A DNA stretch of 64,000 bases from Eledone cirrhosa (GCA_964016885.1 OZ024746.1:87730001-87794000); one strand, 5' to 3'; numbered from the stretch's first letter, positions 27,923 through 44,161 are shown. Numbers and translations are program-made. Notes: a model not told the origin generated them from the sequence alone.

Positions 27923-30900
27923 CCCCACACATTCTAGGACTTTGATCTACTATGCTTTGCCGCATGAACTATTCAGCAAATAGTTTAATTAAATTGGGTG
28001 TTGCTCAGATTGATAATCAGTAAGTGAATGCAACTTCTCAGTCAATATATTATTGTGGCCGGTTATACTTGCATTAAAACAGTTGAAAAGTCATACACCT
28101 TATTTTATATTCTCTTTTCTTTTCAATTAAGGTACTGATATGATAAGTATTTGTAATTTGAACAGAAATGCAGCAACTTTGAGGAATTATAAGACAATAT
28201 ACCTTATTGTAGGGCTTGTACTCGGTAGAAAATTAATTTCCTACAGCTACTGCCGTTATAATAATGAATTATTGTATCATTGGTGTGAGCGTGGAAAAGT
28301 GCTCAATCCAATATTTAAGGCTCACAGTGTCTTTCTTTATTCTTAACTGTATTTCCCCCGGATTCTCTGCTCAAAATTAATAACTTAGGTATTTTAACTT
28401 TCTTTAAATGTCAATAGTAGTATTGCTATTCAATATTTTCTTTTACAAACAAATCAAAATTCAACCTGCTCTACAATCTATTAAGTTTTCAGTGAAGGGT
28501 AACTGTTAATAAGCGAATTGCTGAAGCGTTCTTAAATGATCTGTTTATTATGTATTTTTTTTTTTTTAGAACTGTGTACTCATGCACCTCCAAAATGTAA
28601 ACCACTCTTGTAATTAACTATTTTGTCTTCCTATTAAATAATTATTATCTTATACGTACACTTGAACATTTCCCCAGATATGAAGGAATGTATATATTAA
28701 CAGATTCGTGCAAGACTGACCAAAGGCCCAGAACAGTTATGGCTTATATGTAGGCTCTATTTCAACTGGCATCATTTCAAATCTAGATATGAAATGTAGA
28801 ACACATTATAAAATGCATATTAAGAAATGGGTAACAAGTGGTGGATATTGTATATAGGTTACGGATACGTGACGTAATTCTAAGTAATCGAACTGAATAT
28901 AAAATGTAGAATTAGCAAGGATATTAGTGAGAATTATTTATAAAAAAATGGAAGTATTTACGAAAATATCACAGCAATTTGCTAATAAAGGGGAGGCGTC
29001 CTGTATAATATAAATAGGCACAAGAATTAGTAGATCGTCAATGATTTGTGGATTTGGAGGGGAAACGACAACAAAACCTTATTTGTATCTATTATCTTGT
29101 TGCTGGTAGTTTTGAGTCACATTTCCAATGATCGTGCATATATATGTTTAAACATGGAGAAGTCGTTTTCATATTCTTATATATTGTGCTACAGTGTCAA
29201 CTATATGTTATTTTTTTAATTTAAAACGGTATCTTGAGATATGGGGAAAATTCAGCTGAACTTTCAACAGGTTGAGTTTTAATTGCCGATATCTTGGGCA
29301 GTATTTCTTGCAAATTTCAACGTGTTGCCTTCGTGTATATGTAGTTAATCCTTTTTGAATTAATTTGAAAAACGATTATATGCCACATAATTACGTAAAT
29401 GTGTGATGTTTTAATTGTTACTCATTAGAAATATTACACGAAAATAATTTTGTAATCAGTAAAAATTCTAAAGTTAGCAGTGTGTGCATGTGTAGTTATT
29501 CTTTCTTGACATAGTTTTCCATATCTAAGCAAAACAATTAAGCTGTTATCTTCAAAATTGACATTGACATTTAGTAACTGACTGTATATATATATGCTAC
29601 ACACATATGCTGTGTGTTTGTGTTTATGTCTGCACGTGTGAGATAATATCACGGGAATGATAAGCATGACGATGAATCTATAAAAAAACATGCAAGCAAC
29701 GATGTCCAATTTTAATTCGGGCTCTGCTCTTATCTTATCTTTCGATTTATTTTTACACGTGGTTTTGTTTTCATATCCGTTTCCGGTATATGCGTATTAT
29801 AACTGTTATGTCACTTTAAGACAATAAGCTGAAGCAACTATTTCGTCTCTCCGATGGCATAGATAAATATACGTTAGTTCCATATATCGGAAAATGTATA
29901 ATTAGAAGTTGTGTTACTAATGCATATATCATAAACGAATGTGTTTTCTCTGTAATTTAAGTGATATAGAAATATATGAGACTCATATTATGTCAAGTTG
30001 TTGATAAGTAAAGGCAGAACGGTATTTCCAGAATGTTTCTACTGTATTTTGATTGTACATAAAGAAACGTGTGCATTAGTGGTATGTTGTTTAAAACTCA
30101 TTCATTGAAAACGGTGTCGGGGAAATATGCAGTCAATACCTAACAAACTAACAACTACAACGTTGCAGATTCTGCTAGGAACGATAACGAAGTTTTCTTA
30201 ACTCAAACCCTTATGGATAATAGTGGCGAATAAATACTGTTTTGGAAAAAAGGAGGAAATTGGCGAGTCACGACCGGAATACCATTGGGACATATGCCTC
30301 GATTCTCAGATTTCAACTGAAGTTAATCAAAAGCAAAATACGGTGCGTGTGGGGGTGTGGCTGTTGATTAACAACAACGAAAGTTTTTTTCCCCCAAAGT
30401 AATTACAAAGGGGTTCCACGATATTATTTAAAACAGAGGATACTGACGAAATACAATTTTAGCGAAAGGTATAGTTGTTCTAGTACATGTGCGTGTATGT
30501 AACTATGAATAATAAAAAAAGCCGAAAGTAAAACGGTTTTCTTATTCATTGATTCATGTCACTTGATGCTGTAATATTCTTTCATTGATTGACTCTCATT
30601 AAATAAAAAAGTTATAATTATACACATCATGTTAATTCATACTACAAAACCGTGTGTGTGGGTTTGTTTTGTGCGTAAGTGTGTATGTGTGAGTGCGTTT
30701 GATTGAGTATGGAAGTTGTTAGAAGTACACAAGGTTAGCACGACATGCTTTACTATCCATCGAATATATATTTATAGATAGGGTATATATAGATATTTAA
30801 CGGGCGGTGGCAGAGACAGCAAGCCAGTCGGTCTATCAATGAACGTGTAACTCGAGCACCGCGAGGTGGAGTAGTTGTTCGAGCGCCACTCCCTCACCGC

Positions 30901-31339
30901 CCACCAGGACAATGTATTGTCCATCATCACGGCCGGGACCTAGAAGCGGTGGGTAAGTTAGTTGCAGTTGGTGGATACTCGTTCGGGCGTTGCACATTTC
31001 CTTTTCTTTTCAGAAGTTATTACATAAATACATTCATACAGCATGAGCTATTTAAGGATTTGGAGGTGACGTTAAATATGTATACTGATGTTATCGTTAG
31101 AAAAAATGAGGGATGATTGCGTGCCCATCAACAGTGCAAGCCCCACTAAATTGTTTGAATTAATGCGGTTGTTTTCCCTGAATAAACATCTGCCCGGTAA
31201 TATCTGTTGGAAAGAAAAGGAGAAGAAGAATTTAGCAATTGATTTGCATGGCTGCGACAGAATGAATTTCGCTAAAGCCCCTAAATATTTCGTCGTAAAG
31301 AAACAGCAACACGTCAGTATATATATATATATAAAACAA

Positions 31340-31501
31340 AGAAACTGTGGTAAGAAACCAGGTGGACCATAACGCACCAGAGTACTCGATACTTAGTCTA
31401 GTTGAGTGGGTTATAGGAAAAGAATCAGGACCCCGACGGCGGAGCTCCGGCCGTTTCAGCAGCTAGGGCTGGAGCTCAGCCGTCGGGGTCCTGACTATTT
31501 T

Positions 31502-31507
<6 letters not shown>
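31340..31507. mobile_element. Short element with a terminal 41-bp-arm hairpin, copy 2
   Basis: Arms 31412-31452 and 31467-31507 are near-perfect inverted repeats. Confidence 0.75.
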
Positions 31508-31549
<42 letters not shown>

Positions 31550-32897
31550 CACACACATACATCCTAACTACTTAACATCTATATATTTATATATGGCTGT
31601 ATATGTGTGTTTGTGCAACTTTAAGGATAGACAAAGATAACCATGGCGAAGTAGATTGATCGATGAGTCTGGACTTGTAGATAAATAACAATGTATATTG
31701 TAGTTATTTCATCTACTTCGTAACTGCACTTGGGAAGGGCATTGATTTCATATCTTATTAACTCCATTCATACCATGATTAATATGGCAACAAATAAAGA
31801 ACCTAGACATCAAATGAAACGCTGACCTAAATCAGTGGACACATTCACAAATGTAGTGTTGGACAAACGATGTTTTAACAAAAGTCAGTATCGTCACGGT
31901 TGGAATGACCTGCTGTAGGTCTGCTCGTTTCGATTATTTCTAACCAAAGTGTCAAATGAGAAAAAATAGTATAGTTTATATTAATAAAGAAACAGATGAG
32001 ATGCTCATGAAAATATGATGTGGGATGGGTAGAGTGCGTTTTTCTCTTAACTCTTTTTAACAAATCACGTACCCAACCCGTCATCTGTCTACTTATCTAT
32101 TTATCTAATTAAATGTTTTTGTTCTTTTAATCTGTCTCTCAAGCTCTACCCTACCCGTTTCATCCTCCGTTTATATATTAAGGAGAAAAAAAAGCGGATT
32201 AATGTGAGACAAACCACTCTCGTTTACTGCCTCTTACTGTTTTCCTCTCTTACTCACCCTGGCACACACACATAATCTATTTCTATCCCTCTCTTTCTTT
32301 TTGTTTGTGCCTGTCTCTCTAAATCCCTGCTATTTCTTAAATGTCGGTACCTAACAAATATATATATTGGAGAGGCAGACTAGCATACAGGCAGAGAGAC
32401 TGACAGAGAGAGGTGAAGAAATTGGGGGGCGGGGGTTTCAGCCAGAGAAAAGTACAAACTTTACTTGATACTTTGAATGATGTAATGTTAGAAGGAAAAT
32501 GTGTTAGAGAGGGCTGTGATGATGAAATAAATAAAAGGAATGAAAGAAAGTGTTGTCTGAGCGAAAGAGAAAATACGAGGAAAGCAGAACAGAAAGACCT
32601 AGCTAGCTAGCAGGATGCATAGATAAATAAGCCTGCATCAATTTATAAATCAATAGAAGAAGTTTATGTGTGTAGATGTAATAGTAGAGATGATGTTAGT
32701 GGACGTGGTTAATCCACTTACATAGACATGTAGGCTTCAGTAACATCTGCCATTCAGAATGTACAATGTTACATATTGTACACACTTGTTCACCGATATA
32801 TCTACACACATATTCACTCATACATACTCAAAAATAAAAAAAAGAAACATGGACAGAGACACACACATACACACATACATGCACACACACGCACATA

Positions 32898-33050
<153 letters not shown>

Positions 33051-33724
33051 TCAAACAAATATAATCCCTTTTACATGTGTAAGCTGATAGTTTCTCTAAC
33101 TTACATATATTGTGCACACAAACACACATGTATCAACACATTCAAGCAACGGGCCATCAACCATATTAAAAGAGTTACAGCACACACAAATTCGCATACT
33201 CACTCTGGCAATACACGTACACACCACTCAAGTCATATACACACATACAGATACATTTAACTCTCATCTTTCATCAGACATGTGGATATCCACTTCATTG
33301 GAAACACCTGTCTCACAACACAATTTAATCTTCTATACACACGAACAGACACCGTTGCATTATACACATACATCCCTTTTCACAGCCATCCTCGCTTCTA
33401 TCATACTATTTTCTCTATATTGGCTCCTCACCATACTTTAGAATGTATGTGTATTAATGTATGTCCATATATCCGTACGCACATCCAATTATATATGTGT
33501 ATATTTATGCTTCAGATTTTATTCGGCTAACATAGTGTTTCTCAACCTATGGTCACATGGCTAGAATGAACCATGGCAAATTTCAGGTGGGCCACATAAA
33601 TTTAATTATTTTTATGGGCAACTCTCCTAATATATGGTTCACAGCTTATTGAATGGTTCAAAGAGCTTTTATTGACTATCAGTCCTTAAATTGATGAAAT
33701 AAATATATGTAAATCATTGTGTAT

Positions 33725-33900
33725 GTAAGTTTTCTGGAGTATTATATCAATGATATTAATAAATGGAAACTATATTTATAAAACCATATTTATTCTATTA
33801 TATATATTTCAAGGGTACCAAAACTTTGGTACGGTCTCATCAGATAAAATACGACGTTTGTTTTATAAATATTGACATATCCAGGAATGAGAACTTATCG
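33725..33900 (-). mobile_element. HHR-bearing short element (same family as 44412-44715)
   Basis: AAGTTTTCTGGAGTA...TCAATGATATTAATAAATGGA...TCATCAGATAAAAT...CCAGGAAT.AGAACTTA shared with 44412-44545. Confidence 0.8.
33791..33851 (-). ncRNA. Type-I hammerhead ribozyme, intact core
   Basis: TATTTTAT-CTGATGA-GACCGTACCAAA(GT)TTTGGTACCCTT-GAAA-TATATA-TA^ATAGAATA. Confidence 0.82.
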
Positions 33901-33955
33901 GATAGTCTCTAATATACCATGATTCTTTTGGTCGTGTTGATTCAATGAATAGACC

Positions 33956-33988
<33 letters not shown>

Positions 33989-34010
33989 GTATGTGTGCGT
34001 GTGTGTTTGA

Positions 34011-34062
<52 letters not shown>

Positions 34063-34208
34063 AGTATATGTGGGTTGTTTACCGACACCTCAGTATGCAG
34101 ATTGGAGCATTCGCCGAAGCACGCAGGTTAGTTTGGTTACTCCGGAGTAATGTAAAATAAAATAATTAAGTCAAATATTTAAAATTTGGCTTCGTTTATT
34201 AAAGATGT

Positions 34209-34263
34209 ACTGCTATATATATTTCGGAGACAGCCATAATTTGCTGTGACCTCTTCAGGCAGT
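34209..34263 (-). ncRNA. Type-I hammerhead ribozyme, intact core
   Basis: ACTGC-CTGAAGA-GGTCACAGC(AAATTATG)GCTGTCTCC-GAAA-TATATA-TA^GCAGT. Confidence 0.85.
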
Positions 34264-34636
34264 CCGAATTGGTGTGGTAGAGACAGGTGCACATGTTGTT
34301 AAAATGTTTTACTCCTTCAATACTCCGATATGTCCAGCTCCTGGTTGGGTTGTTATTTCTCTGAGGAACTGGAATCATATGAATTTGAACAAACGAATTT
34401 CGGCATCATAGGACATTCTCTCCTCCCAATGGTCAGTTGTGAGAAAATTCCTCATCAAAAGACAATCTGTTGTGGTTGTTTTTGTACAACTGACCTCCTC
34501 CCTTGTGTTTATTGGTGTTAGGGGGTTAGGTGGCAGGTCAGCCTTAGTTCTACTGCTGCTGTCTTTAGAAGAATGAGTGCGTGTGGGATTGCATCAAACC
34601 TACCACCCTTTCCCCAGGTGGGGGCTGGCAAACATA

Positions 34637-34825
34637 TAATTGTTTCTATTTTAGGCACAAGGTCAGCAAATACCCAGTAAATTACTGGTACTTTATTTTA
34701 TCGACCCCGTAAGGATGAAAGGCAAAGTTAACCTCGGCGGTATTTGAACTCAGATCATAAAGGGACGTAACTCTATGCTTCAAAACATGGTGTCCGACCC
34801 TCTACCGATACTGTCAATCCACCAA
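34637..34825 (-). mobile_element. Family-1 SINE
   Basis: Near full-length match to the other copies. Confidence 0.9.
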
Positions 34826-34892
34826 CGAAATAAAATAGGAAAAATAAATATAAATAAATAAATATAAAAATATAAAATATGAAAAAAATAAA

Positions 34893-34941
34893 TGAAGAGG
34901 TCACATCCAATGATGGCTGTCACCGAAATATAAATAGCAGT
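34893..34941 (+). ncRNA. 5'-clipped hammerhead copy (lacks C3 and the 5' strand of stem I)
   Basis: TGAAGA-GGTCACATCCAATGATGGCTGTCACC-GAAA-TATAAA-TA^GCAGT. Confidence 0.65.
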
Positions 34942-34990
34942 CCATCTTTAATAAACGAAGCCATATTTTAAATATTTGACATAATTATTT

Positions 34991-35029
<39 letters not shown>

Positions 35030-35071
35030 CGTATATATATACACTCAAACTCACACACACACATACACACA

Positions 35072-35165
<94 letters not shown>

Positions 35166-35208
35166 TTAAAAACATTAACAAATATAGACATTCGTGTGAT
35201 CAAGTATA

Positions 35209-35271
35209 TTTTATTATACATATTTCAGAGGTACTGAGCTATCTTCAACAGCACGTCCTCATCAGATAAAA
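35209..35271 (-). ncRNA. Type-I hammerhead ribozyme, intact core, long stem II
   Basis: TTTTAT-CTGATGA-GGACGTGCTG(TTGAAGATAGCT)CAGTACCTCT-GAAA-TATGTA-TA^ATAAAA, inside a roughly 200-bp island between two (TA)n tracts. Confidence 0.85.
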
Positions 35272-36067
35272 CCATCAGAAAACCATACTTGTGGAGTGCT
35301 TCTAATCTATTGTAAAATTGATTAATTGATTTATTCATTGAACCTTGTTTAACCTTTAAATATATATATATATATATATATAGATAGATAGATAGATATA
35401 GATATAGATATGGCCTATCCATTGAATCAACACTACCAAAAGAATCATGGAAATATGGTATATTAGCGAACCGGTTTAACTAACGTTTCCTTCTTCATGA
35501 AACGACTCTGAGATATTAAAATAAAAGAAACACTACAAATTTGGTGAATGAAATATGGCAACGCAAAGACAAGAACATAGATTTATTCATCAAATGGAAG
35601 ATGCTATACTGATGTCGACCATATACAAATGGCTGAAACCTTGAGATTATGCAATACCGAAAATTGGTAGATGCTAAATAATATCCACAATAACAAAGAA
35701 AAAAAAAACATTTAAACCCACAAACCATGCTCTTCTCGCGTTTCTAAGTACCTTTTAATGGACTGGCCTCCTTAATATTGATTTATGTGTTTCCCCAAAG
35801 CATTATTCATAATTTATCGATGTCTTTCTAGCGGCCTCATATATATTAGATAATATAACCTTTGTTCGAAGTATGGCGGTCAAATTGTCCCCGCTAGGCC
35901 TTAGGATATGTGGCCTTGTTTTGGAGGCTTTCGTTATTGTTCTTTATTTTCTTTGTTCCTGATCACTTTTTCGGCGCCGGTTGAACAAATTGTCCCCCAG
36001 ACTAAAGAAATATACATACCTGATATGATGTTGTTGCAGTAACAGGCCTTAATAATAATAATAATAA

Positions 36068-36295
36068 TAATTGTTTCAACGTTAGGCACAATGCCAGCAA
36101 TTACCCAGTGCATTACTGGTACTTTATTTAATCGACTCCGTAAGGATGAAAAGCAAAGTTAACCTCGGCGGGATTTGAACTCAGAATGGCAAGGGCCGTA
36201 ACTCTGTACGTCAAAGCATGGCGTCCGACCCTCTACCAATACTGCCAATCCAATAATAATAATAATGGTTTCTACTTTTGGCACAATGCCAACAA
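36068..36295 (-). mobile_element. Family-1 SINE plus tail of a second copy, in (TAA)n
   Basis: Sequence match to the other copies. Confidence 0.9.
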
Positions 36296-36303
36296 CACTC
36301 ACT

Positions 36304-38026
<1,723 letters not shown>

Positions 38027-38030
<4 letters not shown>

Positions 38031-40550
38031 GTAATAATAAAATTGAAGACTAAAATCCAAAGAGGGCTCGATAAGGATAAATATATATCAAATATATAAG
38101 AACCGTAGAGCAAATATTTATTAAATAACAGATTAAAGTTTAAGCAAAGAATCGCTGCTTTCACCCTTAAAGGGATCTTCTGAAACTAACAAAGTCAATC
38201 TGTAAACGCAGAACTGGATATTTCAAAAAACGTTGCAACCGGAGGAGACAAGAAGACGATACTTTGGTTCGTGGAAACGTTCGCTGGCAAAGAACGGGAA
38301 AAAACGAATAATACGTCATTAATAGGAGCAGTGAAAAACAATTACGCGCAAAGACAGACGCAGGTTTATGGTATAAAGAGGTCGTAGACTAATGTTCTCT
38401 TAGGTGGTGCATAGAGACGTTCTCTGGCAATGAACGAAAAAACGAAGATAATAAGTCATATGACGATGGTCTTTTGACCATGAGTATGTGCGGACCTCGT
38501 GCTTGCGACAGGTTCAGATAAGAACTCACACCCTTCTTTAAAGGCTTCAACCTCTCTATACAGGTTGAGGTCAATCTCTCGTCCGTTAATTACCTCGACG
38601 TTACCCTCAATTTATTGAATGGGTTGTATTACCCGTATAGAAAGCCGAATGATACGCTTAATTACATAAGTAAGCATTCCAACCATCCTGCCAGCATAAC
38701 CAAGAACCTTGTAAGAAACGTTTCGTTGAGGCTTTCCCGTCTTTCCACCAACGAGCGCATTTTCAACGACCATTCCACTTATTACAATGAAGCTCTTGCT
38801 CGAAGTGGATTTGTCGATAAGGTAGCATATACAGAGTACGAAAATAGACCTAGAAGAAATAGACCCCGTCGCATTTGTTGGTTTAACCCACCATATAATA
38901 TGGAGGTGGCCACACCATTAGCTAAGATCTTTCTTTCCCTTATTACGAAGCATTTTCCCCCTACACATAAATATAGTAACATTTTTAATAGAAATACTAT
39001 TAAAATTTCTTACTCTACGACTCCTAACCTTGCTCATAACATCACAGCTTCAAATTTAGCTAAACTACCTAGCCGTAGGAACACGTGCAACCCTGTAGTT
39101 AGTGCTAACTGTAATTGTAGGAATCGGGCTGATTGCCCCCTATCGGTGAAATGCCTCTCTAGTAACATTGTCTACAAATGTAAGGTTGTAACACCCACGT
39201 CCCGTAGGGCCTACATAGGGTTAACCGCCAATAGTTTCAAGCAGCGTCTTTACATGCATACCCATTCTTTTCGTTACCCTCTAAGAAGGAATATGACGTC
39301 AATTTCAGCTTATATCTGGAGTCTAAAAGACAACCACACCCAATAATTTTCACTGGGAGATCCTAGCTAGGGCTAGATCGTATAACGGAAATAAAAGACC
39401 ATGTGACCTCTGCGCCGCTGAGGCCCTGGAAATACTCTACGCCACAGACACATCTTAAACAAAAAATCTGAGGCAATTTCGGCTTGTAAACATAAATTGC
39501 ACAAACCTTTCCTGTATTACAGCCCCACGTTATACCTTAACGGATAGTACGATCTATACGTGGATATTTTACGTTTGATGTGGGATCTAAGTATATGTTT
39601 TGTTTATTCCTTTACTTATTTGCATAGGTGAGTATATATTACCCGTATGTTTTGTGAAGGTATGTATACCTTCTCGTACGTTTATTTGATTGTTATGGCG
39701 TATAACTTTTATATATTCTGGTATTTAGGGTTTGGCTATGTGTATACGGGAGTTTTGCGTCTGCGTGAGTATGCAGGTTCCTACGTATGGTGGGTGTGTG
39801 TATATGTGTACTTCTTGTTTTAGTTGACTTACGTCTCCGAACATTCGTGTATTTATATGTAGGTATGTGTGTGCGCTTGTTATATACGTATTTATTTACT
39901 TATATACGTTTATATAATTATTTATTTATTTGTACACTAGCATACACACACACACACATATTTATATGTGCGTGGTTTTGTATACCTATTGTAAGGTTTT
40001 GCGTATGCTTGTGTATGTACGTATTTGTTTGTGTGTACGTATTTATTTATTTCTGTTACTTCTGTATTGTATTTATTTACTTTGTTCACAACTCTGTAGC
40101 GGAGATTCATTTGGTCTCCTAGTTAGAATTTTAGTCTACGACTTCTGCTATACCATTTACGTGGTTTTGTCTTTGCATGCTATTGTTCTCCACGCTCCAC
40201 ATATGACTTATTATCTTCGTTTTTTCGTTCATTGCCAGAAAACGTCTCTATGCACCACCTAAGAGAACATTAGTCTACGAGCTCTGTTATACCATAAACG
40301 TGGTTCTGTCTTTGCGCGTAATTGTTTTTCACCGCTCCTATTAATGACGTATTATTCGTTTTTTCCCGTTCTTTGCCAGCGAACGGTACCACGAACCAAA
40401 GTATCGTCTTCCTGTCTTCCTCCGGTTGCAACGTTTTTTGAAATATCCAGTTCTGCGTTTACAGATTGACTTTGTTAGTTTCAGAAGATCCCGTTAAAGG
40501 TGAAAGCAGCGATTCTTTGCATAAACTTTAATCTGTTATTTAATAAATAT
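38027..40550 (+). mobile_element. 5'-truncated Penelope-like element (Naiad-type) with inverted 5' arm and about 1-kb 3' UTR
   Basis: About 38113-38462 is the reverse complement of about 40200-40550, with 40125-40160 also echoed. Both ends are embedded in (TA)n. Confidence 0.93.
38462..39540 (+). pseudogene. PLE RT (from the DDG catalytic motif) plus GIY-YIG endonuclease, disrupted
   Basis: DDGLL...VNYLDVTLNL in frame with ORF 38615-39346 (YRKPND...SNHP, ICWFNPPY, CNCRNRADCPLSVKC, IVYKC...AYIGLTANSFKQRLYMH), then CDLC and ACKH after frameshifts. Confidence 0.92.
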
Positions 40551-40551
40551 A

Positions 40552-40607
<56 letters not shown>

Positions 40608-40610
<3 letters not shown>

Positions 40611-41214
40611 TGGCTGCCAACTCGTTTTCGAGTACGGCCACTACTTTATATCCATGTAGGAGAACCCCTACCGATGCGCTGAACGAGTGTGACTTTTTAG
40701 TCCAGCCAGCGACTTGAAAACTCTGGTACAAACACTACACTTGTGACAATTACTGACACATAGTGCTGGGCCCATGGTACCATGTGACGACAAGTGCAGA
40801 GAGATCTCCAGATATAAAGCAATGCCTGTGCCGTGAAGCTTTTATAGTGAGCAAAGGCACTGCACAAAGCCAGTCCCACTCTCTTAACCAAGATGATATT
40901 TACCAAAAAGAAGAACAAGTCAACATCATTGGATACCATCAGGGTTGCAGGTGTTATATCAGAGTTTTCCTTCTCCTAGAATTCTGCCTTGACAAAGGCT
41001 AAGGGGTCATCTCTCCCAGTGATTTTGGATGGCCATTGACTCTTAAGAGCTCCTTTGCCCTTTGACAGGTTTTGTTTTTAGTCCTGCAGGATGTCCAAAG
41101 TCACCCTCCTCACCAAGAAACCTTGGTGGGGTTGCCAGTTTAGTCGCCAACGACCCGACCATGAGACAGGTTGTACTGGGATACATGTTACCAGTAGCAC
41201 CAACTGGTGACCTG

Positions 41215-41217
<3 letters not shown>
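40608..41217 (-). mobile_element. Bipartite non-autonomous RTE derivative, about 610 bp
   Basis: Minus strand has CTAGGAGAAGGAAAACTCTGATATAAC (RTE 5' UTR-like) and 3' end GTACTCGAAAACGAGTTGGCAGCCACCA. No RT coding. Confidence 0.65.
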
Positions 41218-41245
<28 letters not shown>

Positions 41246-41961
41246 CACACACACATACATATACATACATACACATATACACATATATATACATACATAC
41301 ACATACATACATATACACATATATACACATATACATACATATACATACATACACATACATACATATATACATACATACATATATACACATATACACATAT
41401 ACATACATATATACACACATATATATACACATATACACACATACATATACATATATATATATACACATACACATATACATACATATATATACATATATAC
41501 ACATACATATACATATACACATACATACATATATATATATACACACACACATACATATATACACACATACATACATATATATACACATATACATACATAC
41601 ACATACATATATATATATACATATATACACATACATATATACATACATATACATATATATACACATATACACATATACACACATATATACACATACATAC
41701 ATATACATATACATATACATATATACACATACATATACATACACATACATATATATACATATACACACATACATATATATATATATACATACACATATAT
41801 ACATACATACATATACATATACACACATACACATACACATACATATATATACATATATATACATACACATACATACATATATATACATATATATATACAT
41901 ACATATACATATACACATATACATACATATACACATATATACATATACATATATATATATA
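41218..41961. repeat. Degenerate (TA/CA)n compound microsatellite
   Basis: Seen directly. Confidence 0.95.
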
Positions 41962-42299
41962 TGGTGGTGGCTGCCAACTCGTTTTCGAGTACGGCCACCA
42001 CTTTATATCCATGTAGGAGAACCCCTACCGATGCGCTGAACGAGTGTGACTTTTTAGTCCAGCCAGCGACTTGAAAACTCTGGTACAAACACTACACTTG
42101 TGACAATTACTGACACATAGTGCTGGGCCCATGGTACCATGTGACGACAAGTGCAGAGAGATCTCCAGATACAAAGCAATGCCTGTGCCGTGAAGCTTTT
42201 ATAGTGAGCAAAGGCACTGCACAAAGCCAGTCCCACTCTCTTAACCAAGATGATATTTACCAAAAAGAAGAACAAGTCAACATCATTGGATACCATCAG
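41962..42299 (-). mobile_element. Near-identical partial duplicate of 40608-40941
   Basis: Only about two substitutions visible over about 335 bp. Confidence 0.9.
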
Positions 42300-42345
42300 T
42301 GTATATATATATACACACATATATATACATATATACACATATACG

Positions 42346-42419
<74 letters not shown>

Positions 42420-42465
42420 TATATATATATATACACATATATATACACATATGTATATATATATA

Positions 42466-42555
<90 letters not shown>

Positions 42556-42582
42556 TATATATACACATATATATACACACAC

Positions 42583-42619
<37 letters not shown>

Positions 42620-42842
42620 CATATACATACACATATATATATATATATTATATATATATATATATACATATATATATAAATATATATATTATATATATAT
42701 ATATATATACACAAATATATATATTATATATATATACATATATATATAAATATAATATATATATATATATATACACATATATATATATATATATATTAAT
42801 TTATTAAAATAACAGATTAAAGTTTAAGCATATATGTGTATA

Positions 42843-42873
<31 letters not shown>

Positions 42874-44161
42874 TCAGCTGTAAATTACGTAATAGATGTA
42901 TGCTAACGGAATGGTGGTAGACTTTAAGGAAACAAGCACAGGCAAAGTGTGGAAAATGTGTGTGTTTGTATTCGACTCCTATATGAACGAGCCCGTATCT
43001 TGCTTACACTGTTCTTACCTCTCTGAGAACATATATATATATATTATTGTAGAACAAATTACAAACCTGCACTCCATAGAAAAGGAAATAGAGGAGCATT
43101 ACCGCTAAAAATTCAACGTTGTTTTGACTATACGTTCTTTCAACCTGGATAGTATAATAACCGAATCTCCCTCTCATCACAATCTATTGTCTAAGAAGTT
43201 TTGAGCAATGCAATAATTAACTCCCAGCACATAGGGAAAAGACAGGTGGCTCATGGCTAGAAGGCATGATGGACATAATTCAGTTCGATCAGATAAGATC
43301 TAGACGTAAATAGCAACAATAGAGACATACGTGTTCGGTCAACCTTCTAGCAATAGTAAGTAGACAACCCGTTTTTTTTTTTTAAATGTATATAGAATTA
43401 TATTATCGTATAACCATAATTAAGACGGATGGCCATGGCTGGACAACCTTTGTTTATGTGGATGCTCATTCAGTGCTTATCTGGATCTAAAATAGATAAG
43501 TAATAAGTATGTATACCAATATAAACGCTGATAATAATTCTTACGCACGCACGTGTCTCCTTGTTTGCGTGCGTATTTCTATTTCTATTTGACTATTAGA
43601 TTTTTCTATTACATGTTTGCTATTCAAAAGCTGTTCGCAGCCTGTTTCCATCATCACATGCAGATATTACAAGCAGTTATGGTATAGCCTCCTTATCGTC
43701 TTCTGTCTGCGATCACGGTACCGCAGTAATCCTTATAAAAGCATACAATACCACACTACAACATATAACACCAGGCTACGCATTATAGAGCATGACAACA
43801 CGTCGATCCCGTCAACAACACAACATTCCTGCTGATATTTTCCTAGCTCGTGCTACGATATTTGTTTCACTCTAAAGCAACGAAACGAAGAATTCGGTCA
43901 TATAGTTTGAAGATAATTCAAACAACAATTCTAACCAGCGAATGGCAGCCAATCATGACCCAAATCTGTTCACGTCAGCACTGCCCACTCCCTATATTCG
44001 GTCACGCATACTCTTAAAATCTGTTGACATTTTGTATTTCAAAATTTCATGTTCATAATTCCACATATCATTTTGTTTCTTTATCTCCAAAGACATATAT
44101 CTTTCTATCTATTTAAACTACTTACGTAGTATGTATGTATGCATGTATGTATGTGTATACG

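Larger units (their letters stand above)
34152..34998. mobile_element. PLE-like insertion bounded by inverted HHR-containing ends, interrupted by a SINE
   Basis: 34152-34257 is the diverged reverse complement of 34893-34998. Both ends lie near (TA)n. Confidence 0.75.

Noticed and set aside
41080-41217. HDV-like ribozyme at the RTE-derived 5' end
   Set aside because: A 7-bp P1-like pair (GGTCACC/GGTGACT) exists, but I could not build consistent P3, L3, P1.1 and P2 elements.
43945-44010. CCAAT, CACGTCA, GC-box-like and TATA-like cluster as a promoter
   Set aside because: Short motifs with no downstream exon evidence; cannot be supported from sequence alone.
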